Part shown: positions 17,085 through 28,136 of the stretch, piece by piece
Position numbering within the stretch: position 1 is the stretch's first letter
Layout of the letters: every line of letters starts with the position of its first letter
Assembly: GCA_017934595.1 (NCBI GenBank)
Contig: JAGBJG010000009.1
Coordinates: 839 to 64,838 of the forward strand
DNA length: 64,000 nt
Reading direction: 5' to 3'
DNA from: Bacilli bacterium
GTDB lineage: Bacteria > Bacillota_I > Bacilli_A > RF39 > UBA660
Position numbers and translations under genes: made by a program
The notes under the pieces: model-generated
Told to the model about the DNA's origin: nothing
Seen by the model: the letters and a program-made list of their open reading frames with translations, nothing else
The model's database searches: none

Positions 17085-17302
17085 AGCCGAAGAAAAGAAG
17101 AGTAATTAAATTAAAGCATAAAGAGAACTCTATATGGTGTGAAATGAGGATGTAGTAATTTGATGAACATGGTCTTGGAGGCTGGTAAGTGAATAATTAG
17201 CTTATTGCGGGTCATACACGTTACGTATTAGAGATTAGGGAAACCTAAAAAAGAGTGGTACCGCGGTAATTCGCCTCTTAGCTTTATGCTAAGAGTTTTT
17301 TT
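17085..17302 (+). promoter_or_regulatory. T-box riboswitch leader, Met specifier
   Basis: It has an AGAGA box, a TGGTGTGAAATGAGG distal element, a specifier ATG (17169-17171), the T-box sequence AGAGTGGTACCGCGG, and the terminator CTCTTAGC-TTTAT-GCTAAGAG followed by T7. Confidence 0.85.
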
Positions 17303-17320
17303 ATTAAAGGAGGATAAAGA

Positions 17321-18922
17321 ATGAAAAGAAATGTTTTAGTTACAGGAGCTTGGCCATATGCAAACTATTTATTACATATAGGTCATTTAGTTGCGTTACT
17401 ACCAGGTGATGTAATCGCGAGATATTATAGAATGAATGGTGATAATGTTGTATATGTAAGTGGTTCAGATACACATGGGACACCTATCACTGAAAGAGCT
17501 AAAAAAGAAGGTAAAACACCTGCTGAAATAGCTATGTATTATCATAATGAAGATGTTAAGAGTTTAGAAAAAGCCGGTTTTTCTTATGATATGTATACAT
17601 CAACTGAATCAGATTATCATAAAGAAAAAGTTATGAAATACTTTAAAGAAATGTATGATAACGGTAATATTTATGAAAAAGAAGAAGAGCAAGATTACTG
17701 CCCTAAATGTAACAAATTCTTATCTGATAGAGAAATCATTGGTACATGCCCACACTGTGGTGGAGAAGCTAAAGGTGATCAATGTGATAGTTGCCTTGCT
17801 TCATTAGAATCTAATGAATTATTAAATAGAAGATGTAGTACTTGTGGATCAACTCCAGAACTTAGAAAAAATAAACATTTATATTTAGAATTATCTAAAT
17901 TCCAAAAAGATATTGAAAATTTAATTAAAGAAAGAGAATCTATTTGGAGAAAGAATGCTTTAAATGAATCAAAAAAATTCTTATCTATGGGATTAATTGA
18001 TAGAGCTGCAACTAGACAACTTGATTGGGGTATTAAAATACCAGTAGATGGATATGAAGATAAAAGAATTTATGTATGGATTGAAGCTGTATTAGGTTAT
18101 ATTACTACTTGTGAAAGAGTATTAGAAGAAAGAGGAGAAAGTTTTAAAGATTTTATAACTGATCCTAACTTAATTAGTTATTACTCAATTGGTAAAGATA
18201 ATATTCCTTTCCATACAATAATTTTCCCAGCTATTTTAAAAGCTATAGGTGAAAACATGAGTTTACCTACACATATTATTTCATGTGAATTCATGAATAT
18301 GTCAGATGAAAAGATGAGTAAGAGTAAAGGTAACTTAATTACTATTAATGATATAGTTGATAAATTTGGTAAAGATACAGTTAGATATTTCATGATCGCG
18401 AATGGTCCTGAAAAGAAAGATACTAACTTCTCTGAAAATGATTTAATTATGGCACATAATAAATTCTTAGTAGGTGGTTTAGGAAACTTTATTAATAGAA
18501 ACGTTTCATTTATTAATAAGAAATTTGATGGTGTAGTAAGTGAAGGTATAGTTAATTCTGATATTATTAAATTAACTAAAGATACATATAGTGAAGTAGC
18601 TAAGTTAATTGAAGCAGGAGAATTAAGAGCTGCTTTAGATAAAGTATTTGATTATGTATCAGAAGCAAATAAATTTTATGATAATAGTACACCATGGATT
18701 CAAGTTAAAGAAGATATGGATGCATTCAATAATACAACATATACTTGTATGTATATGATAGCTAACTTATCTAACTTATTAAGACCATTTATTCCAGATA
18801 CAACCGATAGAATGAAAGCATTATTAGGTATAGAAGAAAATGGTTGGAATGAAGTTACATTAAGTGGTGATATCAAATTAAATGATATTGGTTTACTTTT
18901 TGAAAGAATAGATGTTAAATAA
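17321..18922 (+). CDS. metG: Methionine--tRNA ligase (short form)
   Basis: It has a HIGH-type motif (LLHIGHL), KMSKS, and a Cys-rich knuckle CPKC...CPHCGG...CDSC...CSTCG. Confidence 0.95.
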   Translation: MKRNVLVTGAWPYANYLLHIGHLVALLPGDVIARYYRMNGDNVVYVSGSDTHGTPITERAKKEGKTPAEIAMYYHNEDVKSLEKAGFSYDMYTSTESDYHKEKVMKYFKEMYDNGNIYEKEEEQDYCPKCNKFLSDREIIGTCPHCGGEAKGDQCDSCLASLESNELLNRRCSTCGSTPELRKNKHLYLELSKFQKDIENLIKERESIWRKNALNESKKFLSMGLIDRAATRQLDWGIKIPVDGYEDKRIYVWIEAVLGYITTCERVLEERGESFKDFITDPNLISYYSIGKDNIPFHTIIFPAILKAIGENMSLPTHIISCEFMNMSDEKMSKSKGNLITINDIVDKFGKDTVRYFMIANGPEKKDTNFSENDLIMAHNKFLVGGLGNFINRNVSFINKKFDGVVSEGIVNSDIIKLTKDTYSEVAKLIEAGELRAALDKVFDYVSEANKFYDNSTPWIQVKEDMDAFNNTTYTCMYMIANLSNLLRPFIPDTTDRMKALLGIEENGWNEVTLSGDIKLNDIGLLFERIDVK

Positions 18923-18957
18923 TTGACTAAAATATATAATAAGTATATAATATAATA

Positions 18958-19159
18958 TATAAATTGTTGATGTGGAGAAGTAATATATATGATATTTCTA
19001 GAGAGTCAGTGGTTGGTGTAAACTGATAATTAGTATATATGAATAACACCGCGGAATGCTTGATTGAACTTAAGTAGGTCGAGCCGGGATGACCGTTATC
19101 AATTAAGATAAACAAAGGATGGTACCGTCTATATGACTCCTTATACCATTCTTTTTTTG
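18958..19159 (+). promoter_or_regulatory. T-box riboswitch leader, Asn specifier
   Basis: Promoter TTGACT-17-TATAAT (18923-18951). It has an AGAGAG box, a GGTTGGTGTAAACTG distal element, a specifier AAC (19045-19047) followed by A, the T-box sequence AAAGGATGGTACCG, and a terminator followed by T7. Confidence 0.85.
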
Positions 19160-19176
19160 TTTATAGGAGGGATATT

Positions 19177-20553
19177 ATGGATTTAAAAGAATTATATTTA
19201 GATATAGAAAAATATCTAGATAAAGAAATTACATTACAAGGTTGGATTAGAAACCATAGAAAACAAAAAGAATTTGGATTTATTGATTTTTCTGATGGAA
19301 CATGTTTTAAACATATGCAACTAGTATATGATAATAAGTTAAAAGATTTTGATGAAATTCAAAAGTTCCATATAGGTTCAGCAATTACTGTAGTAGGTAC
19401 TTTAATCAAATCACAAGGTAGTGGTCAAGATTATGAAGTAGCTGTTAAAAGTATAAAATTAGAAGGTGATTGTCCTGAAGATTATCCTATGCAACCAAAA
19501 AGACATAGTTATGAATTTTTAAGAGAACAAGCATACTTAAGACCAAGAACTAATGTTTTTCAAGCAGTATTCAAAATTAGAAGTGTAGCAGCACAAGCAA
19601 TACATAATTATTTCCAAAAAAATAACTATGTATATGTTCATACGCCACTTTTAACAACAGCTGATTGTGAAGGATCAGATCAAATGTTTAAAGTAACTAC
19701 ATTAGATATGAATAAAGTGCCAACAAAAGAAGGTAAAGCAGATTTTTCAAAAGATTTATTTGGAAAACAAACATATATAACTGGTTCTGGACAATTACAT
19801 GGTGAAACATTTGCGATGGCATTTAAAAAGATTTATACATTTGGTCCAACATTCAGAACTGAAAACTCAAATACAAAAACACATGCAAATGAATTCTGGA
19901 TGATTGAACCAGAAATGGCATTTATGCACTTAGATGATTTAATGAACGTTGAAGAAGAAATGTTAAAATCAGTAGTAAGTGAAGTTTTAGAAAAATGTCA
20001 TAATGAATTAGAGTTCTTAGATAAATTTGTTCAAAACGGACTTATTGAAAAATTAGAAAAATTAGTTAGCAGTGCTTTCGTTAGAATTACTCACCATGAT
20101 GCAATTAAATTGTTATTAGAATCAGGAGAAAAATTCGAATTTACTCCTTCATATGATGATGATATAGCTAAAGAACATGAAAAATGGATTACAGATCATT
20201 TTAATTCACCAGTATTTATTTATAACTGGCCAAAGGATATTAAAGCTTGGTATATGAAATTAAATGATGATGGTAAGACAGTTGCGGCTGTAGACTTAGA
20301 AGTACCTGGTTCAGGAGAATTAATGGGTGGTTCTGAAAGAGAAATAGATATGGATAAACTAGAAGAATTAGTTAAAATCCATAATGTTGATAGAAAACAA
20401 ATTGAATGGTATTTAAATTTAAGAAAATTTGGTGGATGTTATCACTCAGGATTTGGGATGGGATTTGAAAGACTTATTATGTATTTAACAGGAATTGAAA
20501 ATATTCGTGATGTAATTCCATATCCTAGAACTCCAGGTAACTGTGAATATTAA
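19177..20553 (+). CDS. asnS: Asparagine--tRNA ligase
   Basis: It has a class IIb OB-fold N-terminal domain and a catalytic core (FRTENSNTKTHANEFWMIEPE, GFGMGFERL). Confidence 0.95.
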   Translation: MDLKELYLDIEKYLDKEITLQGWIRNHRKQKEFGFIDFSDGTCFKHMQLVYDNKLKDFDEIQKFHIGSAITVVGTLIKSQGSGQDYEVAVKSIKLEGDCPEDYPMQPKRHSYEFLREQAYLRPRTNVFQAVFKIRSVAAQAIHNYFQKNNYVYVHTPLLTTADCEGSDQMFKVTTLDMNKVPTKEGKADFSKDLFGKQTYITGSGQLHGETFAMAFKKIYTFGPTFRTENSNTKTHANEFWMIEPEMAFMHLDDLMNVEEEMLKSVVSEVLEKCHNELEFLDKFVQNGLIEKLEKLVSSAFVRITHHDAIKLLLESGEKFEFTPSYDDDIAKEHEKWITDHFNSPVFIYNWPKDIKAWYMKLNDDGKTVAAVDLEVPGSGELMGGSEREIDMDKLEELVKIHNVDRKQIEWYLNLRKFGGCYHSGFGMGFERLIMYLTGIENIRDVIPYPRTPGNCEY

Positions 20554-20580
20554 AAAAGAGGACTAATTAGTCCTTTTTTT
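20553..20580 (+). terminator. Intrinsic terminator
   Basis: AAAAAAGAGGACTAATTAGTCCTTTTTTT. Confidence 0.85.
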
Positions 20581-20603
20581 CATATATTTATATAGGTGAA
20601 ATT

Positions 20604-21659
20604 ATGAAGAAACTACTTTTAATATTAGCTTTATCTTTATCCTTTATTAATGTGAAAGCATCTAGTATGATTGCATATGATATGGATACAAAGCAAATAC
20701 TATATCAAGATAATATACATGAAATAAGACCAGTTGCTTCTATATCTAAGATAATGACTGCTATAGTAGCTTGTGAATCAGGTAAATTAGATGATATGGT
20801 TACTATAGGTGATGAAATAAATAAATCATATGGATCAGGTATATACATAAGGATAGGTGAGAAATTAACTTTAAGAGATTTAGTATATGGATTAATGCTT
20901 AGAAGCGGCAATGATGCAGCGTTTGCTATTGCAAAATATGTTGGTGGAGATATAGATACATTTGTAGATATGATGAATAATAAAGCTAAAGAATTAGGTA
21001 TGAATGACACTACTTATAATAATCCTAATGGATTAGATGATAAAGGTGGTAATTTATCTAGTACATATGATATGGCCTTACTTACTAGTTATGCTATGAA
21101 GAATGATGAGTATAAAAAAATTACTAAAACTAAAAAGTATACATTAAAAACTAATATGAATTATTATTCATGGATCAATAAGAACAAATTACTATTTAGT
21201 TATAAGTATACTACAGGTGGTAAAACTGGATTTACGAAGATAGCTAAAAGGACGTTAGTTACAACTGCATCCCATAATAATATGAATATCGTTATAGTTA
21301 CATTAAATGATGGTAATGATTTTAATAATCATAAGAACTTATATGAGAAATTATTTAATAAATATAAAGGATATAACATATTAAAAATAGGAGATGTATC
21401 AATATCTAATTTAAAAGATAAAAATAGATATTATGTTAAAGAAGGATTTAAATATGATTTAGATGAAATAGATAAGGATAATATTACTGTAAAATTTGAC
21501 ATAAATAGTATACAAAAAGATGACAATATTATAGGTAATGCCATAATTTATCTAAATAACAAAGAACTTTATAGAACTAATGTATATTTAGATGCAAACA
21601 AAAAGGTAACATTTTGGCAAAAAATACTGAATTTCTTTAAAGTAGGTAAAAATGATTAG
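20604..21659 (+). CDS. dacB: D-alanyl-D-alanine carboxypeptidase (S11), sporulation-type
   Basis: It has a signal peptide plus the SxxK (SISK), SGN (RSGND) and KTG (GGKTGFT) motifs. It is followed by spmA-spmB, as in Bacillus. Confidence 0.85.
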   Translation: MKKLLLILALSLSFINVKASSMIAYDMDTKQILYQDNIHEIRPVASISKIMTAIVACESGKLDDMVTIGDEINKSYGSGIYIRIGEKLTLRDLVYGLMLRSGNDAAFAIAKYVGGDIDTFVDMMNNKAKELGMNDTTYNNPNGLDDKGGNLSSTYDMALLTSYAMKNDEYKKITKTKKYTLKTNMNYYSWINKNKLLFSYKYTTGGKTGFTKIAKRTLVTTASHNNMNIVIVTLNDGNDFNNHKNLYEKLFNKYKGYNILKIGDVSISNLKDKNRYYVKEGFKYDLDEIDKDNITVKFDINSIQKDDNIIGNAIIYLNNKELYRTNVYLDANKKVTFWQKILNFFKVGKND

Positions 21660-22239
21660 TTTAATATTTGGTTTATTCATAATTATAGGAATAATATTTT
21701 CTATATTCAGTGGTAATATTGGTAATATGTCTAATGTTATAGTTAAAAGTGCATCTGATACTTTTAATATAATAACAGGATTATTTCCTTTAATGGCATT
21801 ATGGTTAGGTATTATGAATATTGCATCTAAATCAGGATTTTTAAAAAAGTTAACACACTTACTAAGACCATTATTAAATCTCTTATTTCCAGATGTACCT
21901 AAAGATAGTAAAGCATTAGAATACGTCTCATCTAATATTATAATGAATATGTTTGGTCTAGGTAACGCGGCTACACCTATGGGTATAAAAGCACTTAAGT
22001 CATTAAAAGAATTAAATAATAATTCAACTACTGCGTCTGATAGTATGATTACATTCCTAGTTTTAAATACTACAGGATTTACAATAATACCTACAACTAT
22101 TATTTCTTATAGATTAATGTATGGTAGTTCTAATCCGTCTGCTATTACACCTATATGTATTATTGCATCCTTATTAGGTTCAATTGTAGGTATATTAATT
22201 AATTTGATCATGAAGAAGGTGTTTAGATGGCATTCTTAG
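21652..22239 (+). CDS. spmA: Spore maturation protein A
   Basis: It is a nucleoside-recognition (Gate) domain membrane protein that overlaps the end of dacB. Confidence 0.85.
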   Translation: MISLIFGLFIIIGIIFSIFSGNIGNMSNVIVKSASDTFNIITGLFPLMALWLGIMNIASKSGFLKKLTHLLRPLLNLLFPDVPKDSKALEYVSSNIIMNMFGLGNAATPMGIKALKSLKELNNNSTTASDSMITFLVLNTTGFTIIPTTIISYRLMYGSSNPSAITPICIIASLLGSIVGILINLIMKKVFRWHS

Positions 22240-22721
22240 TAGTAATTATTATTTTATATGGATTATATAAGAAACTTAGTATATATGACGTCTTTGTAGA
22301 AGGCGCTAAAGAATCGTTTAGTATTATCTTAACTTTATTTCCTACACTACTTGGTATGGTATTATGTATTAATCTATTAGTAGGTAGTGGATTGTTTGAT
22401 TATTTATTTAATATCATAAAAATAAGTTTTATTCCCGTAGATATCATACCTTTAATGATTCTAAGACCAGTATCAGGTAGTTCCACTTTAGCTATATTAT
22501 CTAATATTTTAACTAAATTTGGGGCAGATAGTTATACAGGAGTACTTGCCTCTACAATGATGGGTTCTACTGATACAACTGTCTATTGTTTAGCTGTATA
22601 TTTTGGTGCTGTAGGAATTAAAAACGCTAGATATGCGTTAGCTAATGGTCTTTTAGCTGATATATGTGCCTTTATTATATCTATTTTCTTAGTAAAGTTA
22701 TTATATAATTGCTTTTTCTAA
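22227..22721 (+). CDS. spmB: Spore maturation protein B
   Basis: It has the second Gate-domain half (LRPVSGSSTLAIL...STDTTVY) and overlaps spmA. Confidence 0.85.
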   Translation: MAFLVVIIILYGLYKKLSIYDVFVEGAKESFSIILTLFPTLLGMVLCINLLVGSGLFDYLFNIIKISFIPVDIIPLMILRPVSGSSTLAILSNILTKFGADSYTGVLASTMMGSTDTTVYCLAVYFGAVGIKNARYALANGLLADICAFIISIFLVKLLYNCFF

Positions 22722-22754
22722 CTTTTTAATATATACTTATTTTGGTGATTTCTT

Positions 22755-23480
22755 ATGGAAAGATTACAAAAAGCAATATCTGAATCAGGTTATACATCAA
22801 GAAGAAAAGCAGAGGAACTTATTAGAAATGGTAAGGTATTAGTAAATGGTAAATTAATAACTGAAATGGGTTATCAAGTATCTGGAAATGATACTATTAC
22901 TGTTGAAGGAACTACTATTAATAGGGAAGAGAAAGAATATATTTTATTATATAAACCAAGAGGAGTAGTTACTACTACATCTGATGAAAAGAAGCGAAAA
23001 ACAGTATTAGATTTAATTGATACTAAAAAAAGAATATATCCAGTTGGTAGATTAGATTATGATACAACAGGAGTGTTATTACTTACTAATGATGGTGAAT
23101 TAACTAATTTATTAATACATCCATCTAATGATGTAGAAAAAGTATATGTGGCTAAAGTAGAAGGTATTTTATCTAAAGATGATATTATTAAATTAAGTAA
23201 AGGCGTCATTGTAGATGGTAAGAAAACCGCTAAAGCAGTAGTTAAAGTAGAAAAAGTAGATAAAAAAAATAATGTAAGCTACATTAAATTAATTATTCAT
23301 GAAGGTAGAAATCATCAAGTTAAAAAGATGTTTGAGAGTTTAGGATATACTGTTATTAAATTAAAAAGAGAAAACTTTGCATTCTTAAATCTTAATGGAT
23401 TAAAATCAGGTGAATATAGATATTTATCTACTCATGAAGTAAAAATGTTATATAGTTTAGCTAAAAAAAAGAAAGCCTAA
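22755..23480 (+). CDS. rluB: 23S rRNA pseudouridine synthase, RsuA/RluB family
   Basis: It has an S4 domain and the catalytic motif VGRLDYDTTGVLLLTNDG. Confidence 0.9.
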   Translation: MERLQKAISESGYTSRRKAEELIRNGKVLVNGKLITEMGYQVSGNDTITVEGTTINREEKEYILLYKPRGVVTTTSDEKKRKTVLDLIDTKKRIYPVGRLDYDTTGVLLLTNDGELTNLLIHPSNDVEKVYVAKVEGILSKDDIIKLSKGVIVDGKKTAKAVVKVEKVDKKNNVSYIKLIIHEGRNHQVKKMFESLGYTVIKLKRENFAFLNLNGLKSGEYRYLSTHEVKMLYSLAKKKKA

Positions 23481-23716
23481 GCGGCTTTTTTTTCTTCTTT
23501 TAAATCATTGATAGATACAACATTATCTTCAGTTATTTCAATAGCTGCAACTGGGCATCCATCTTTAATTTCTTCTACTGCTTTTAAATCTGCTTCTTCA
23601 ATATCTTCTTTTATAGCTTTTGAATATCCTTCTTCATTAAAACCAAAATACTTTGGACAACTTGAAACACAGTATCCACATCCAATACAATTTTCACTGA
23701 CATTAACTTTTTTCAT
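23477..23716 (-). CDS. Small ferredoxin (single Fe-S cluster)
   Basis: It has the CIGCGYCVSSCP ... CP pattern and an acidic C-terminus. Confidence 0.85.
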   Translation of the reverse strand: MKKVNVSENCIGCGYCVSSCPKYFGFNEEGYSKAIKEDIEEADLKAVEEIKDGCPVAAIEITEDNVVSINDLKEEKKAA

Positions 23717-23819
23717 ATTAATCCTCCTTTTTCATTATAAGAAAAAAAATAATAAAAATCAAGGAAATAGTTTATAAAAATGTCTAATTATGTTATCATT
23801 ATATTAGAAGGTGGTTAGT

Positions 23820-24572
23820 ATGTCTAGTAGAATGGATCGTTACTATGAAAATCATGGTGAAGAAACAAAAAGAACAAATAAAAACTCTACATTATATAAA
23901 GATTTATATAGTAATAAAGAATATGATAATGTGGAAAACTTAAATTTAAATGTAGGCAAAGAAATAAATATTAATGATGTAAAAGACATGCTTGAAAAAA
24001 GAGATAAGTATAGAGATGTTAAAGATTATCGTATCATAAAACCTGAAGAACCTGTTATGCGTAGAGTTAGATATTATGAGGAAGATGAACCTAATAGTCA
24101 TGATATTAATGAAATGATAGGTCAAGCTAAGGTTGAAAGACCAGCTGAAGAAAAAAGAAGAAGTCTAGAAGAAACTCAAGTATTGACATTAGAAGAATTA
24201 GTCAGTAAAAAATCATATGCTAAAAAGAAAAAACTAAATAAATCTGATATGGAAGATTTAGTAAATACTATTTATGATACACAAATGTTAAGTGAAGATG
24301 GTGGCTTATTTGATGATCTTAAATCTACAGGTAAGACAGTAATGGCTCCAAGTATTAGACAAGTATTGGAAGAAGCTAAAGAAGAAATGAAGGATGCTGA
24401 AGATATGGATAACTCATTCTTTACATCAAGTTTAGGGCTTAAAAAATCAGACTTTGAAGAAGTAGAAGAATCAGAAGAAGGCGACGATAAAACATTAAAA
24501 TTTATAACTATTTTGGCGGTTATCTTTGTAATAGTTGTATTATTTATATTAATTAAATTTGCTTTATTATAA
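23820..24572 (+). CDS. Hypothetical acidic protein with a C-terminal transmembrane anchor
   Basis: The start was moved to the ATG at 23820, behind GAAGGTGG. The C-terminal TM is FITILAVIFVIVVLFILIKFALL. Confidence 0.5.
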   Translation: MSSRMDRYYENHGEETKRTNKNSTLYKDLYSNKEYDNVENLNLNVGKEININDVKDMLEKRDKYRDVKDYRIIKPEEPVMRRVRYYEEDEPNSHDINEMIGQAKVERPAEEKRRSLEETQVLTLEELVSKKSYAKKKKLNKSDMEDLVNTIYDTQMLSEDGGLFDDLKSTGKTVMAPSIRQVLEEAKEEMKDAEDMDNSFFTSSLGLKKSDFEEVEESEEGDDKTLKFITILAVIFVIVVLFILIKFALL

Positions 24573-24578
24573 AACGGG

Positions 24579-25619
24579 TTATCCCGTTTTTTTAATCTTT
24601 AAGTATATCATGATTATAATAATTAATATGATGGTACTAGATATAGGTATTAATACTTTCGTAATAGTATTATAAAGAGTACTATTTCTAAATATAATCA
24701 CGCATAATATGATATTTAAAATGACTAATATATAGTTTTTAATATTAGTTAATTTATTTATAAAATAAGTAATCAAACTTAATAAAATAAACATTTCAAA
24801 TACCCAATGTATGATAATAAAATTTTCTATTTTATCAATAAATCCAAATATACTTACCTCTTTCATAACTATATAAGCAGGATAATGATATTTCATAGCT
24901 AAATCTATTCCTAATGATCCAATAGTATATATAATAATTATTAAAAATAAGATAAACGCTAATGTCATCGCAATAATTAAACCAATATTCATATGCTTAT
25001 TATTAGATACATTATCTTTCGGAATGATAAGTAGGATAAACATATATATAATTTGAAATATTAATATATATACACTTCCTATTATAGGCCTATTAATTCC
25101 ATTAGTAAGAATAGGTAACATATTAATAAGTTCAATCTTATTATATTCACCAAATATCGCAATCATTATGAGAATTATATTTATATAAAATAGGAAATTA
25201 GAAACTCTAAATATAGAAGTAATATCTTTACTATTAATAAATATTATAAGCATACCTAATATTATCATTGTGTATATAATTGGTGTTTCAGATAGAAATT
25301 GAGATATTATAAAATTATTGATATTGTAAGATAAACATAATGACATACTAAATAAAGCTATAGAAAATAAGATAATGATTAATTTACTTCTTTTAAAAAG
25401 AACATTAATTTTATCTTTTAAATCTAAGTTTGACTTATAATCATTTATACGAATGAAGATTATTAAAAACGCGAAGCTTAATATATATCCTATAATGACT
25501 GATATTGATGAATCAATACTAGCCTTAATAAGTAAATTATATAATCCCATTCCAAGAAATGGCGCCATTATAATCATAAAGAAAGTCGATACATACTCTA
25601 ATAGATTTATTTTATGCAT
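24579..25619 (-). CDS. Spore germination protein, GerAB/GerKB family (APC-like permease subunit)
   Basis: It is a polytopic membrane protein and the third gene of an A-C-B germinant receptor operon. Confidence 0.8.
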   Translation of the reverse strand: MHKINLLEYVSTFFMIIMAPFLGMGLYNLLIKASIDSSISVIIGYILSFAFLIIFIRINDYKSNLDLKDKINVLFKRSKLIIILFSIALFSMSLCLSYNINNFIISQFLSETPIIYTMIILGMLIIFINSKDITSIFRVSNFLFYINIILIMIAIFGEYNKIELINMLPILTNGINRPIIGSVYILIFQIIYMFILLIIPKDNVSNNKHMNIGLIIAMTLAFILFLIIIIYTIGSLGIDLAMKYHYPAYIVMKEVSIFGFIDKIENFIIIHWVFEMFILLSLITYFINKLTNIKNYILVILNIILCVIIFRNSTLYNTITKVLIPISSTIILIIIIMIYLKIKKTG

Positions 25620-26688
25620 TTAATTCTTTAACCCCATTTCCTTTATATTTTAAAAGTATATCTATATTAATATCAAAATTTAGTTTTTTAAAATTAAAAT
25701 CTTTATAATTTTTAAAATCTTTTTTATACATTAAATCTTTAAATCCAAATATATCTGTATCGTATTTATCAATAACTTTTTGAATAAACTTAGATATACG
25801 AGATTTTAAATCTTCTTCAAATGTATCCTCTATTTCTTTTATTATCTCAGGATTAGTTAAATCTACTTTGCTATTGATTTCAGCTATATATCCTGATAAA
25901 TCTATTTTAATTTTAAAAGTATTATTTAAAACATTTATAGAAGTATTAGTATTATTAATTTCGATAGTTGTATATTCATTTTTATATAAACTAGTTAATA
26001 CAGTATCAGATACATTATTCATAATAAGACTATAATATAATGATTCGTGTTCATCTATATAACCAATTAATTTATCACCTTTAAATATAGCTGTATCATC
26101 AATAACTATTTCTTTATCATTTAATTTAACAGATGGTATAACCATTTCAATATTAGGATTGGCATATTTAGTCAATAATTTAGAGAAAGTAATAGGTGTA
26201 GTATTAGATAGGTAATCATCATTGACTTTTAATCTTTCTACCAATGATTTCGCGGTTATTTCATCTGTTGTTTCCAATACTTTTTTTATATCATCTTTTG
26301 ATATTAAAACATAAAATTGTTTTCGTGATTCAACATCTCTAAAGAATAAATCCATAATCGAAGCTATACCGTCTTTAGCTAATTCCTCATCAATTAAAAT
26401 CATATATAAGTGATTTGCGTATAATCTTTTAGGAGATTTTAAAATCGCGCGTCTTAATGCTTCTTGGATAGTTTTACCACTTGATTCGTATAAAATTGTT
26501 TCGATTTTATTTTCTTCATTAGAAGAAGTTTCAGTTTTTAATACTTCAATTACTAAGTTATAATTATCACCATCTTTAGATATTCCAACAGCAGTAGTAA
26601 TTCCTAAATCATTTAGTTCACGATAGTTATAACATCCAGTAATTAGTGTGATAAATAAACTAATTATTAATATTTTTATATATTTCAT
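25612..26688 (-). CDS. Spore germination lipoprotein, Ger(x)C family
   Basis: It has the lipobox LITGC followed by YNYRELNDLGI, typical of GerAC/GerKC. Confidence 0.85.
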   Translation of the reverse strand: MKYIKILIISLFITLITGCYNYRELNDLGITTAVGISKDGDNYNLVIEVLKTETSSNEENKIETILYESSGKTIQEALRRAILKSPKRLYANHLYMILIDEELAKDGIASIMDLFFRDVESRKQFYVLISKDDIKKVLETTDEITAKSLVERLKVNDDYLSNTTPITFSKLLTKYANPNIEMVIPSVKLNDKEIVIDDTAIFKGDKLIGYIDEHESLYYSLIMNNVSDTVLTSLYKNEYTTIEINNTNTSINVLNNTFKIKIDLSGYIAEINSKVDLTNPEIIKEIEDTFEEDLKSRISKFIQKVIDKYDTDIFGFKDLMYKKDFKNYKDFNFKKLNFDINIDILLKYKGNGVKELNA

Positions 26689-28064
26689 TATTGCCTCCTT
26701 GGATTAATTCTTATGATACTATCTTTTAATTTAGTAAAATTAGTAGGTACAAAAGGAGTTAGATAAGGCTTACCAAATGAGTTAGTTGATATCATATTAA
26801 TGATAAAATAGATAAATGCGAATACTACACCTATAATACCTAAAGAAGACGCGCCTATCATAAATAAAATTCTATACCATCTAAGACCATTAAATATTTC
26901 ATATTCATTAAAAGGAAGTGATGCAATCGCGGTTAAAGCAATTATAATTATCATGATAGGAGAAACTATACCAGCTTTGGAAGCAGCTTCACCAAGTATT
27001 AAAGCTCCTACTATAGATAGTGAACTACCTGCAAATCCAGATGACCTAATATCACTTTCATGTAATAATTCAAAACATATCATCATCATAAATGCTTCAA
27101 AGAAAGCTGGAAAAGGTACAGTAGATCTCTGCATCGCGAAATTTATTAAAAATTCTGTTGGTAACATCTCTTGATTATATGTGATTAACGCAATATAAAT
27201 AGCTGGTGTGAATAAGGCTATATAAAAAGATAAATATCTAAGTATTCTAGTTAGACTAGTGTTTATAGGTTTACCTGAATAATCTTCACTTGTTTTGAAA
27301 AAATCATTTAATACTTCAGGTAAGATTAAAAGATATGGGTCATTATCTACTAAGATAACTATTTTTCCTCTTAATAATGACCTACATACTCTATCTGGTC
27401 TTTCCGTACTCATAATAGTGGGCATCGGATTTATATTTGATTCACCAATGATGTTTTTTAATGTACCACTATTTATTACACCATCAATATTGGTATTTTT
27501 AAGTTTATCATATATTTTATTTACTAATGATATATCAGCTTTACCATTTATATATACGATATTAATGATAGTATTTGTATATTTACCTATATTAACTTCT
27601 TTAATCCATAAATTATTACTTTTAATTCGTTTTTTTATGAGACCTATATTAGTTTGATAATCTTCTGTAAAAGCATCTTTACTTCCTCTAATGGCTATTT
27701 CACTAGTAGGTATACCAATACTTCTTTTATTACTACTCTTAGTTTCTAAAGCTAATAGTTTTTTCTCTTTTTCAATTAAGATAATAGTAAATCCACTATG
27801 TAAGTATGTACACATATCATTATAATTATCTATTTCAATTACTTTAAAGTTATAAATATCCTCTTTTATTTTAGACGCTAAATTAATGGAAGTTATCTTA
27901 TTTAATCTATCTAAACTCTTAATAATAAAATCACTTATACTACTACCACTAGTAAGTGAATCACTATAAATAATCCATACTATTTTACCTTTAATTTTTT
28001 TCTTTCTATAGACTATATCTTTTAAGTTATTAGTCTCTATTTGTAGACGTTTGATATAATTCAT
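26688..28064 (-). CDS. Spore germination protein, GerAA/GerKA family
   Basis: A soluble N-terminal domain is followed by a C-terminal membrane domain with RILRYLSFYIALFTPAIYIAL. Confidence 0.9.
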   Translation of the reverse strand: MNYIKRLQIETNNLKDIVYRKKKIKGKIVWIIYSDSLTSGSSISDFIIKSLDRLNKITSINLASKIKEDIYNFKVIEIDNYNDMCTYLHSGFTIILIEKEKKLLALETKSSNKRSIGIPTSEIAIRGSKDAFTEDYQTNIGLIKKRIKSNNLWIKEVNIGKYTNTIINIVYINGKADISLVNKIYDKLKNTNIDGVINSGTLKNIIGESNINPMPTIMSTERPDRVCRSLLRGKIVILVDNDPYLLILPEVLNDFFKTSEDYSGKPINTSLTRILRYLSFYIALFTPAIYIALITYNQEMLPTEFLINFAMQRSTVPFPAFFEAFMMMICFELLHESDIRSSGFAGSSLSIVGALILGEAASKAGIVSPIMIIIIALTAIASLPFNEYEIFNGLRWYRILFMIGASSLGIIGVVFAFIYFIINMISTNSFGKPYLTPFVPTNFTKLKDSIIRINPRRQ

Positions 28065-28136
28065 TAAATCACCATATTTAGTATGTGAAAATATAAATAA
28101 AATATGATAAAATAATTATAGATAAGAAGGTGTTTT

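Noticed and set aside
16253-17320. The idea that the lone tRNA-Ala marks an integration site for a genomic islet containing ORF 16425..17042.
   Set aside because: No integrase is present, and I saw no direct repeat of the tRNA 3' end downstream before the metG leader. The patch is only about 0.7 kb.
18927-19115. A 62-aa minus-strand ORF lies between metG and asnS.
   Set aside because: The interval is fully explained by the Asn T-box leader on the plus strand (promoter, specifier AAC, T-box sequence and terminator).
26953-27657. Plus-strand ORFs 26953..27174 and 27295..27657 lie inside the GerA-family gene.
   Set aside because: They are antisense shadow ORFs within a well-supported germinant-receptor A-subunit gene.
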